Source of the DNA: Acidobacteriota bacterium
Lineage (GTDB): Bacteria > Acidobacteriota > CAIWXX01
Direction: 5' to 3'
Length of the DNA stretch: 64,000 nt
Assembly: GCA_040755995.1 (NCBI GenBank)
Contig: JBFMAF010000013.1
Span: 69,123 to 133,122, forward strand
In this document: positions 1 to 8,163 of the stretch, in pieces
Layout of the letters: every line of letters starts with the position of its first letter
Position numbering within the stretch: the first letter of the stretch is position 1
Position numbers and translations under genes: made by a program
The notes under the pieces: model-generated
What the model was told of the DNA's origin: nothing
The model's input: only the letters and a program-made list of their open reading frames with translations
The model's database searches: none

Positions 1-354
1 CTTGAAATCGGTTTCCGCTTCGACAGACTGCACGACGCCATCGAGAGGGGAGAGATGGAGCTGGCGCAGTACGAGATGGAGAAGATCGTCCAGGCCGCGA
101 GCTTCGCAATACTCCTGCAGCCCGGCTGGCAGGAAGGAAAGGGCATCGAGTACCTCGGGCGTTCCGATTGGATGGCCCTCAAAGCGGCCGTGCTGGCCAG
201 GAACCAGGAGGCCGCAAAGACGTCGTACCTGGACGTTCGACAAGCATGCATGAGCTGCCACACGCTTAAGCAGATGGAGTTCCTGAATCGACAGCAGCTC
301 TTCGCGCGGACGGCTTCATTCACTCAACCTGACGAGCAAGGAGGCGATAGATGA
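1..354 (+). CDS. c-type cytochrome-like protein with C-terminal CxxCH (5' end outside the window)
   Basis: Frame is open from base 1 (LEIGFRFDRLHDAIERGEMELAQYE...). Helical-looking sequence with CMSCH near the C-terminus, as in class II (cytochrome c'-like) proteins. Its stop overlaps the next ATG (ATGA). Confidence 0.65.
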   Translation, partial: LEIGFRFDRLHDAIERGEMELAQYEMEKIVQAASFAILLQPGWQEGKGIEYLGRSDWMALKAAVLARNQEAAKTSYLDVRQACMSCHTLKQMEFLNRQQLFARTASFTQPDEQGGDR

Positions 355-2648
355 TCGAAAGGACTGCGAAGCGGTTCCACCCGCGAGTGCTGGTGATCGA
401 CGACGAGCTTCGGGCGCCTACAGCATGCGGCCGCGCTCTCTGCGCACTCGTCGGCGAGCTTCGCGAACGAGGCGTCGAGGTCGTCGAAGCTACCTCGGCC
501 GAAGACGCCCAGTCGGTCATCATCTCAGACACCGCGATACACTCGATCATGCTCGACTGGAGCCTCGGCGCGGACGACGAAGCGACCCATGCCAGGGCGC
601 TCGAGCTGCTGAAGTTTGTTCGCCGGCGGAATGACAAGATCCCGATCTTCCTGATGGCGGAGCGCGAGGAGGCCTCGTCGATCCCGATCGAGGCGATGCA
701 GATGGCCGACGAGTTCGTGTGGATACTGGAAGACACGGCGGCATTCGTCGGCGGACGCGTAGTGGCCGCCATGGTGCGCTACGGTCAGGTCCTGCTGCCG
801 CCGATGGCCGCCGCACTGTTCAAGTTCGCCCGCGTCTACGAGTACTCCTGGCACACGCCGGGCCACACAGGCGGCACGGCCTTCTTGAAATCGCCCGTCG
901 GCCGGGCCTTCTACGACTATTTTGGCGAAAACCTCTTCCGTTCGGACCTGTCGATCAGCGTCGGCGAGCTCGGCTCGCTCCTCGATCACAGCGGCCCTAT
1001 CGGTGAACACGAGAAATACGCCGCGCGCGTGTTCGGCGCACACCGGACCTACTGCGTCACCAACGGCACATCCACGTCCAATCGGGTGATCTTCATGGCG
1101 GCCGCTGGCCGCGACCAGATCGCACTCTGCGACCGCAACTGCCACAAGTCGATCGAGCACGGTCTGACGCTCACGGGCGCTATCCCTACCTACCTGGTTC
1201 CGTCGCGCAATCGCTACGGAATCATCGGCCCGATCCATCCGGAAAGGCTCAGGCCCGAGGCCGTCAAGGCGGCGATCGATGCGAACCCGCTGGTGACGGC
1301 GGGGATTGACAAGAAGCCGGTCCACTGCGTGATCACCAACTCCACTTACGACGGCCTCTGCTATCGCGCTTCGCGTGTGACGGAGCTGCTCGATGCGACC
1401 GTCGACCGGATTCACTTCGACGAGGCCTGGTACGCATACGCCCGCTTCAATCCGATCTACCGCGAGCGATTCGGCATGCACGGCGACCCGTCGGGGCACA
1501 AGGGTCCGACGGTTTTCACCACGCACTCGACGCACAAGCTGCTCGCAGCGCTCTCCCAGGCATCCTTCATCCACATCCGCGACGGCCGCGGCCCGATACC
1601 GCACGCGCGCTTCAACGAGTCGTTCATGATGCACGCATCCACATCGCCGCTGTACACGATAATCGTCTCCAACGACATTACCGCCGCCATGATGGACGGC
1701 CCCGGCGGGATCACGTTGACGACGGAGTCGATTCAGGAGGCCGTGGCGTTCCGCCAGGCGATGGGTCGGATCAGGAAGGAGTTTGCCAACAGGGGCGAGT
1801 GGTTTTTCGGCACGTGGAATGCCGATGAAGTGACGGACCCGGGGAGCGGCAAACGGATCGCATTCGAGGATGCGCCGGCGGAGGTTCTGGCCACGGCACC
1901 GGATTGCTGGGTCCTGCATCCGGGGGACGAGTGGCACGGGTTCGATGGTCTGGAGGACGGGTATTGCATGCTGGATCCCATCAAGGTCTCGGTAGTGACT
2001 CCGGGCGTTGCGATCGACGGCTCACTGGAGCCTCCTGGGATCCCGGCGACCCTCGTGACGGCCTATCTGGACCGGCATGGTGTCGAGGTGGAAAAGACGA
2101 CGGACTTCACGATTCTGTTCCTTTTCTCGATCGGCATCACCAAGGGCAAGTGGGGCACGCTGCTCAACGCTCTGCTCGACTTCAAGCGCGACTACGACCG
2201 CAACGCTCCTCTGGCCGAAGTTCTGCCGGGCCTGGAAACCGATCATCCCGGCCGGTATGCCGGCCTCGGTCTACGAGACCTGGCAGACCAGATGTTCGCC
2301 CAGCTCAGCGATTTCGGGCAGACGCACTGGCTGGCCCAGGCTTTCTCCACCCTGCCGCAGCCGGTGATGACTCCTGCGCATGCCTATCAGCTTCTGGTGC
2401 GCGACAGGGCTGAGCGAGTTGCGCTGGCCAGGCTCGCCGGCCGTGTGCTCGCCACCGGCGTCGTGCCGTATCCTCCAGGCATCCCGATGCTCATGCCTGG
2501 GGAGAACGCAGGGTCGGATGACGGGCCTTACCTGAGCTACCTTCGCGCTCTCCAGTCCTGGGATCAGCGCTTCCCCGGGTTTGCTCACGACACCCACGGC
2601 GTCGAATGCGAGGACGGGATCTACTACATGCAGTGCTTGAGATCGTAG
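351..2648 (+). CDS. adiA: Orn/Lys/Arg decarboxylase, AdiA-like arginine decarboxylase with N-terminal wing domain
   Basis: 765 aa. Receiver-like wing domain, SWHTPGH, TNGTSTSN, DRNCHKS, FDEAW, PLP-lysine motif THSTHKLL and C-terminal VPYPPGIP. Substrate is assigned by resemblance only. Confidence 0.85.
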   Translation: MIERTAKRFHPRVLVIDDELRAPTACGRALCALVGELRERGVEVVEATSAEDAQSVIISDTAIHSIMLDWSLGADDEATHARALELLKFVRRRNDKIPIFLMAEREEASSIPIEAMQMADEFVWILEDTAAFVGGRVVAAMVRYGQVLLPPMAAALFKFARVYEYSWHTPGHTGGTAFLKSPVGRAFYDYFGENLFRSDLSISVGELGSLLDHSGPIGEHEKYAARVFGAHRTYCVTNGTSTSNRVIFMAAAGRDQIALCDRNCHKSIEHGLTLTGAIPTYLVPSRNRYGIIGPIHPERLRPEAVKAAIDANPLVTAGIDKKPVHCVITNSTYDGLCYRASRVTELLDATVDRIHFDEAWYAYARFNPIYRERFGMHGDPSGHKGPTVFTTHSTHKLLAALSQASFIHIRDGRGPIPHARFNESFMMHASTSPLYTIIVSNDITAAMMDGPGGITLTTESIQEAVAFRQAMGRIRKEFANRGEWFFGTWNADEVTDPGSGKRIAFEDAPAEVLATAPDCWVLHPGDEWHGFDGLEDGYCMLDPIKVSVVTPGVAIDGSLEPPGIPATLVTAYLDRHGVEVEKTTDFTILFLFSIGITKGKWGTLLNALLDFKRDYDRNAPLAEVLPGLETDHPGRYAGLGLRDLADQMFAQLSDFGQTHWLAQAFSTLPQPVMTPAHAYQLLVRDRAERVALARLAGRVLATGVVPYPPGIPMLMPGENAGSDDGPYLSYLRALQSWDQRFPGFAHDTHGVECEDGIYYMQCLRS

Positions 2649-2682
2649 ACGACTGATGGTGCGAAACCGAAAGGAGTTGTCC

Positions 2683-4086
2683 ATGTCGACGCGAATTCTC
2701 GCGGGCGCTTTCCTGGCATCTTTGATCGGGTCTGGCTGGGCGCGGGCGCAGGAACCGGCCGATATCGAGAAGATCACCGCGCGGATCGAGGCTCTCCAGA
2801 GAGAGCTCGACGAGCTGAGATCGCAGGTACAGCAGATTCAGAGAGGAGCCGCTCCGGTGGCTGGGGCTCCGGGTGCGCCGCCGGCCGCCGGCCCCGCTCC
2901 GGCGCCGACTGCCGTGAGTCCTGCGATCGTGCAGTACGAGACCCTGTCGGGCGATCCATATGCTGCTGCCCGCATCGACAACGCGCCAATAGACCCGGAG
3001 CTGAAGGGCTTCTTTGCGATTCCGTTTACCGAAACCAGGCTCCGCATCGGCGGCTATGCGAAGCTCGATGCGATACACGACTTCAAGCCGATCGGTGACC
3101 ACGACTTCTTCACTACCTCGACGATTCCGGTCGAGCCCGGGATCTGGGGGGACAACACCAACATCCAGGCGCGGCAGACGCGTCTGAACATCGAGATGCG
3201 CCGTCCGACCCCGGCGGGCATGTTGCGTTTCTACTACGAGAACGACTTCACGGGGAGCTACGGACCGAGGGTCTACAATCTGCGCCACGCGTACGGCCAG
3301 TTGCACAACTTCCTGGCCGGCTTCACCTTCTCGTCCATGGTCGACATCGATTCCACACCGGACACGCTCGATTTTGAAGGGCCTGGCAGCACGATTTTCG
3401 TTTTTCAGCCGCAGGTGCGCTACACGCACCCGATCACCAAGCATCACAGTATCGCCCTCTCCGTAGAGAAAGGCACATCCGATATCGTGACCGAGACGGA
3501 CGTGAATCAAACCATCACGCCTACATCGCCATGGCCGGACGGGGTGTTCCGGTGGAGGTACGAAACGGACGCGGGACACCTGCAGGTTGGGGTGGTGCTG
3601 CGGTCGGTCGGCGGTTACATGGGTAACATCGCCGAAGAGCACGTATTCGCGCGGGGCCTGAGTTTTTCCGGAAACTGGCTCGTCGTCGGCTCTGACAACG
3701 TCCAGTTCCAGCTCAACGCGGGCGATGGCTTCGGCCGGTATTTCTCCGACATCTCGGGTCTGGCCGCGGACGTCGGACTGGACTCGGATGGGAAGATGGT
3801 CCCACTGCCGGCCTACGGTTTCTTCGGCGGCTACCAGCACTATTGGCGGCCCGCCTTCCGATCGACCGTGACGTACGGCTACCTGAACGTGGACAGCGTC
3901 GACAAGACCTTGACGACCGACTTCCACGCGAGTCACTACGCTGCAGCCAACCTGATCTGGCACCCGAAGGGAAGCGCCTTCAACATGGGCATCGAGGGCC
4001 TCTACGGCAAGCAGACGCTGAAGACCGGCGAGTCAGGCGACGCCACGCGCCTGCAGTTCGCGTTTCAATACGACTTCGTCAAGTAG
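2683..4086 (+). CDS. DcaP-family outer-membrane porin
   Basis: AAGGAG RBS, signal peptide, coiled-coil/Pro linker, then RIGGYAKLDAIHD, ARQTRL, YENDF, LRHAYG and FQPQVRY. Ends in a beta-strand (LQFAFQYDF). Confidence 0.75.
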   Translation: MSTRILAGAFLASLIGSGWARAQEPADIEKITARIEALQRELDELRSQVQQIQRGAAPVAGAPGAPPAAGPAPAPTAVSPAIVQYETLSGDPYAAARIDNAPIDPELKGFFAIPFTETRLRIGGYAKLDAIHDFKPIGDHDFFTTSTIPVEPGIWGDNTNIQARQTRLNIEMRRPTPAGMLRFYYENDFTGSYGPRVYNLRHAYGQLHNFLAGFTFSSMVDIDSTPDTLDFEGPGSTIFVFQPQVRYTHPITKHHSIALSVEKGTSDIVTETDVNQTITPTSPWPDGVFRWRYETDAGHLQVGVVLRSVGGYMGNIAEEHVFARGLSFSGNWLVVGSDNVQFQLNAGDGFGRYFSDISGLAADVGLDSDGKMVPLPAYGFFGGYQHYWRPAFRSTVTYGYLNVDSVDKTLTTDFHASHYAAANLIWHPKGSAFNMGIEGLYGKQTLKTGESGDATRLQFAFQYDFVK

Positions 4087-4097
4087 CAGAGGGGGAC

Positions 4098-4114
4098 GAC
4101 ACGGAGACACGGAG
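4098..4114 (+). repeat. 8-bp-period repeat GACACGGA x2
   Basis: gacacgga gacacgga g just after the porin stop codon; a related array lies at 5750-5777. Confidence 0.5.
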
Positions 4115-4194
4115 CCGGTGATTCCTCATAGCGTTAGTTGTATTCCCAGTTCTGAACGTGAAACGCAAGTGGCAGCAACCAAGGAGGTGTGCTC

Positions 4195-5676
4195 ATGAAG
4201 GTTGCCATCCAACTCGGGGTTTCAGTCTTGATTATCTCGCTGGCAGAGGTCATGGTGCCCATTGCGGCGGCGGAGATCCTGCCGATCCCTATCCCACAGC
4301 AAATCGGCGCAGCGAAGGTGCCGACGTTCATAGGCGCCGCGGCAACAGCCGCGCCGATCACGGCTCAGGCGATTCCGCAGCATCCGTTCATGGCGCCCAA
4401 CGGCAGAAGCTGCATGCACGACGATGCGTATATGAGTGATACATACGCCATTGCAGGACCGCTCGGCCGGTCACCGGAAGTGATTTCTACCGACCTTGGA
4501 GGCGTCTGCCCCTCAGTGACTTTCGACAGCCAAGGCCGCATCGTCACACTCTGCGTGAGCCGTGTTTCGGCGCGGCTCTACCTGATCAACCCTACCACGA
4601 TGGGGATCATGGCGGACTTTGCCCTGCCAGCTATCGAGCGCGCTGGGAGTGAGTTCTCAGCCGGTGGGTACTTTTATCTCGATAACAAGAACCGCGCGAT
4701 CGTCCCGACAATCACGCAGGAGATCTGGGTCGTTGATGTAGTTGACGGGTCGTGCGGCCCCTATTTCGAGCGAAGCAAGGTTCATGATCTCTCGGAGTAC
4801 ATGGCCGAAGACGATTCAATAGAGTCCGCGCTCCCGGACTTCTCGAGAAATCTCTGGTTTGTGACCGGGGATGGCATCATCGGCATCATCGGCGCGAGCG
4901 ACGGAGCCGTTGCGACGCGGCGCTTGGAAGGCGAGGGAATTGCCAACTCGTTTGCAATCGACGAAACAGGCGGTGTATTCGTAGCCTCCGACCATGCCAT
5001 GTACCGCTTCGACATGGGCGAGAACGGCCGCCCCCACATCACATGGCGCGAAGCTTATGATCGCGGCACAAGGATCAAGCCTGGTCAGGTCAGCATGGGG
5101 ACCGGAACCACACCCACGCTCATGGGAACCGACTTCGTCACCATTGCCGACAACGCCGACCCGCAGATGCACGTTCTGGTCTACCGCCGTGCCCGTAAGG
5201 TAGATCGAGCCCGCCTGGTGTGCTCAGTGCCCGTATTTCAACCGTCGAAAAGCTGCACAGAGAACTCGCTCATCGCCACGGATAGGTCCATAGTCGTCGA
5301 GAACAACTACGGTTATTCGGGACCCACAGCCACCATGTATGGTCGCACGACGACCTCGGGGATTTCCCGGATCGACATCGACGACAGCGGCGTCGCTCGG
5401 ACCGTTTGGACAAGTCACGAGCGGACTCCAAGCGTTGTTTCCAAAGGCTCGCTCGAAACCGGTCTCATCTACGCTTACACGAAAGACAAGGGGCCCGGCG
5501 TGACCGACGCATGGTACTTCACGGCGATCGACTTCCAGACTGGAAAGACGATTTTCAAGCAAGTCGCCGGCACAGGGCTCTACTATAACAACCACTACGC
5601 CGGTATCTACGTCGGGCCCGATGGCACTGCATACGTAGGAGTGATCGGAGGTCTCGTCGCAATCCGCGACAAGTGA
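4195..5676 (+). CDS. secreted conserved hypothetical protein, probable beta-propeller
   Basis: AAGGAGGT RBS (GTG 4189 or ATG 4195), signal peptide, beta-rich repeats (LWFVT..GIIG, FAIDE.GGVFVAS, VGPDGTAYVG). Confidence 0.7.
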   Translation: MKVAIQLGVSVLIISLAEVMVPIAAAEILPIPIPQQIGAAKVPTFIGAAATAAPITAQAIPQHPFMAPNGRSCMHDDAYMSDTYAIAGPLGRSPEVISTDLGGVCPSVTFDSQGRIVTLCVSRVSARLYLINPTTMGIMADFALPAIERAGSEFSAGGYFYLDNKNRAIVPTITQEIWVVDVVDGSCGPYFERSKVHDLSEYMAEDDSIESALPDFSRNLWFVTGDGIIGIIGASDGAVATRRLEGEGIANSFAIDETGGVFVASDHAMYRFDMGENGRPHITWREAYDRGTRIKPGQVSMGTGTTPTLMGTDFVTIADNADPQMHVLVYRRARKVDRARLVCSVPVFQPSKSCTENSLIATDRSIVVENNYGYSGPTATMYGRTTTSGISRIDIDDSGVARTVWTSHERTPSVVSKGSLETGLIYAYTKDKGPGVTDAWYFTAIDFQTGKTIFKQVAGTGLYYNNHYAGIYVGPDGTAYVGVIGGLVAIRDK

Positions 5677-5749
5677 TCAGCCAGACGCGTCCCCCAGGAG
5701 CCCCGCCTCAGCCGTCTTCGCCCAGTCCCCCATGCTCCGCAAACTCGCA

Positions 5750-5777
5750 GACGCGGAGACGAGGGGACACGGAGACG
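5750..5777 (+). repeat. 8-bp-period repeat (GACGCGGA GACGAGGG GACACGGA GACG), part of a hairpin with 5726-5740
   Basis: Read directly; gtcccc/ggggac and ctccgc/gcggag are complementary. Confidence 0.5.
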
Positions 5778-5790
5778 CTACGATTGCGGC

Positions 5791-5841
5791 TCAGTAGGGG
5801 AGCAGAGGGAGACGCGCAGGGTTGACGCGGAGACCGGCGCG
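5791..5841 (-). repeat. diverged copy of the last 17 codons of the PIN toxin gene (6265-6315)
   Basis: Translates RAGLRVNPARLPLLPY* versus RAGLRVNPARLPVLPY* in the toxin; 5 synonymous and 1 nonsynonymous codon differences. Confidence 0.8.
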
Positions 5842-6264
5842 GCGACGGTTTCACGTGATAGCACAATAGTGTTCTACTGCAAGATACAGTGTCGGCAATC
5901 ACGGAAATGACCCTGTCATCTGCACTCATGTCGGCGCCTTCCGCTTGTGGCACGGCGGCATTATGCCGCGCACACCCGACCGCGGATCGAGTGGATACTC
6001 ACAGATGGCGGATGCACCGGAGCTTCGAAGATTCGCCGATTCGCCGAGAGTACCAACGCTCTTCGAAAGACCATCAAGAGCCTTCTCAAGATCGAGCCTG
6101 CCATGACTGCCGCTCCTTTCTGCGCAGTGCCAGATACTCAGCGAGTGACATGATATCTGCAAGTCAGGGGAAGGTCTACGCAGGAAGATCGAGACTCTCG
6201 TCCAGTATCCTCTGCTCCAAGACCACACACGTGCGTCTGGACGCCGAGACGGTGCTGATGCGCC

Positions 6265-6726
6265 TCAGTACGGGAGGACAGGAAGGCGCGCGGGGTTGAC
6301 GCGGAGGCCGGCGCGGGCGGCAAGTACCCGCTGCCTTCGATCGAACGAGTAGAACCGATCCGCGCCGAGCAGCAGGGCGCATGCTACGTGAAGGACGTCG
6401 AGGCTGCGGGCCAGACACTCTGAAGCGTGCCTGGCAGAAAGCTCCTCGGCCCGATGGAATACCTCCGGCCAGTCCGAAGACATGCGCAGCAGCCGGCCCT
6501 GAGCGATGTCGCGATCGACTCGCCCGAAAACGCGCGCAACCTGATCTGACGACAGCTCGCCACGGCCCTGCTTCAGTCGGCACGCATTTCTGATCTCGAG
6601 CTCGTGCAGACGCGTCAGAATGAGCGGGTGTTTCTGCCGCTGGACGAGCTTCGCTGCCGCCGCCGAGTCTGCCTCTGGGACGTAGATCTTGATGATGACG
6701 GCGGAATCGAAATATGCGAGCCTCAA
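6265..6726 (-). CDS. vapC: PIN-domain (VapC-family) toxin
   Basis: AYFDSAVIIKIY, HELEIRNA, RSLDVLHVACA, SFDRRQ. The TTG start overlaps the antitoxin stop (TTGA). Confidence 0.85.
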   Translation of the reverse strand: MRLAYFDSAVIIKIYVPEADSAAAAKLVQRQKHPLILTRLHELEIRNACRLKQGRGELSSDQVARVFGRVDRDIAQGRLLRMSSDWPEVFHRAEELSARHASECLARSLDVLHVACALLLGADRFYSFDRRQRVLAARAGLRVNPARLPVLPY

Positions 6727-6971
6727 CGGCCGCCTCGACCTTCCATCAGCAGGTGGCTCCCGGGCACCCCTGGCGGTATCCCCTCCGGGAAGTCCTCCTC
6801 CAATCGCGCCATCAGATTGGGCCAATGGATCCTCGGCAGGTCGAAATCGGGAGGAACGAGACGCGCAACCGCGCGCCCCCGGCGAGTGATCTCGACCGTC
6901 TCACCCGCTGTTACCCACTCGAGCACTTCGCTCAGGTGGTGCTGAACCTGTCGAATGGCTGCCGTCTTCAT
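6723..6971 (-). CDS. Phd/YefM-family antitoxin
   Basis: MKTAAIRQVQHHLSEVLEWVTAGETVEITRRGRAVARLVP; directly upstream of the PIN toxin. Confidence 0.88.
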   Translation of the reverse strand: MKTAAIRQVQHHLSEVLEWVTAGETVEITRRGRAVARLVPPDFDLPRIHWPNLMARLEEDFPEGIPPGVPGSHLLMEGRGGR

Positions 6972-6978
6972 GTTAAAC

Positions 6979-7007
6979 ATTATGTCTAACAAATGTTCGC
7001 TTGTCAA
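6979..7007 (-). promoter_or_regulatory. sigma70-type promoter of the TA operon, probably leaderless, with operator-like repeats
   Basis: TTGACA (7007-7002), 17 bp, CATAAT (6984-6979), then 7 nt and the ATG. Near-palindromes TGTTAAACA and TGTCTAACA flank the -10. Confidence 0.7.
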
Positions 7008-7143
7008 GGTCGCAATCTCGCCGTGGATACCTGGACAGATCTGATCCGGTGGACGGGCTCCTCGCCCTCAGCACCACCTCACCACCTTGACTCTGTCGGG
7101 TGCGCGGGGTATCTTGATCTAGTAGGTGCCACGGCGGACGGAA

Positions 7144-8004
7144 ATGATCATCGCCAATCCCATTTACGATTCGGTTTTCAAGTACTTGATGGAGGACAAC
7201 CGCGTTGCGCGGCTGGTCATCTCGACCATCATTGGCGAGGAGGTCGTCGAGCTCGAGATGCGCCCGCAGGAACGGGCGGCCCGCCTTTCGGAAATGCCAG
7301 TCTCGGTCTTCCGGATCGACTTCGCTGCGATAGTGCGCACTACCGCCGGCGAGATGAAGAACGTTCTCATCGAGATCCAGAAGGCCAAGTACCTGGACGA
7401 CATCATGCGGTTCAGGAAGTACCTGGGCGAGCAGTACATGAGACTCGACAACGTCCGCGGACCGGCCGGGCCTGTCACGATCGCGCTCCCGATCGTCGCG
7501 ATATACATTCTCGGCTTCCAGCTGGACAACATCGAGGCGGAGGCCGTGCGGGTGAATCGGAGCTACTACGATGCGATAACTGGCGAAGAGCTGCACGTGA
7601 AGAACGAATTCATCGAGCGGCTCTCGCACGATGCGTATGTGATCCAGGTGCCGAGGCTGAAACCACGCCGGAGGAACCGGCTCGAAGCCCTGCTGAGCGT
7701 CTTCGACCAGCGGTACAGGAAGGAAAGCGACCGGTACGTGTTGGATCTGCAGGAGGAGCTGCCGCCGGAGATTGAGCCTGTGGTGAAGCGGCTTGAGCGC
7801 GCTGCGATGGACAGCGAGATTAGAGCCACTTTGGAGATGGCGGATGCATACGACGGGCTCATGAGCGGCATGGACCGGGCTCTGGCCGAAAAGGATGCGG
7901 CTCTGGCCGAGAAGGATGCGGCTCTGGCTGAAAAAGAGGCGGCTCTGGCCGAACAGGAGAGGCTTATCGCCGAACTCCGACGGAAACTGGGTGAATCTGA
8001 ATAG
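7144..8004 (+). CDS. Rpn/PD-(D/E)XK nuclease-family protein with coiled-coil tail
   Basis: IANPIYDSVFKYLMED, FRIDF...VLIEIQK (D...ExQ), and C-terminal ALAEKDA heptads. Confidence 0.75.
   Translation: MIIANPIYDSVFKYLMEDNRVARLVISTIIGEEVVELEMRPQERAARLSEMPVSVFRIDFAAIVRTTAGEMKNVLIEIQKAKYLDDIMRFRKYLGEQYMRLDNVRGPAGPVTIALPIVAIYILGFQLDNIEAEAVRVNRSYYDAITGEELHVKNEFIERLSHDAYVIQVPRLKPRRRNRLEALLSVFDQRYRKESDRYVLDLQEELPPEIEPVVKRLERAAMDSEIRATLEMADAYDGLMSGMDRALAEKDAALAEKDAALAEKEAALAEQERLIAELRRKLGESE
7879..7962 (+). repeat. 21-bp coding tandem repeat x4 (ALAEKDA)
   Basis: gctctggccgaaaaggatgcg followed by three variant units. Confidence 0.9.
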
Positions 8005-8163
8005 GATTCGATAGACGATTCCAGATCGGACGACGGTCTGCCAGGGTCAATTCTGCAGCACGAGATCGGGGGGCGGTCTATCAGTGCGCCCGGTATCAGG
8101 GCAAGCTACGGGAGCTCACCGCGACCTGCGTGAGACAGCGCCGCCAGGGCGGCGTCCTCCCGG

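Noticed and set aside
525..3963. Long antisense ORFs 525-1937 and 2491-3963
   Set aside because: Shadow frames of well-supported plus-strand genes in GC-rich DNA; no motifs.
5842..6264. Short ORFs 5889-6299, 5947-6153 and 5926-6228
   Set aside because: No RBS, motif or consistent codon pattern; left unannotated.
5791..6315. Diversity-generating-retroelement TR/VR pair
   Set aside because: Differences are third-position synonymous rather than adenine-specific, and no reverse transcriptase is present.
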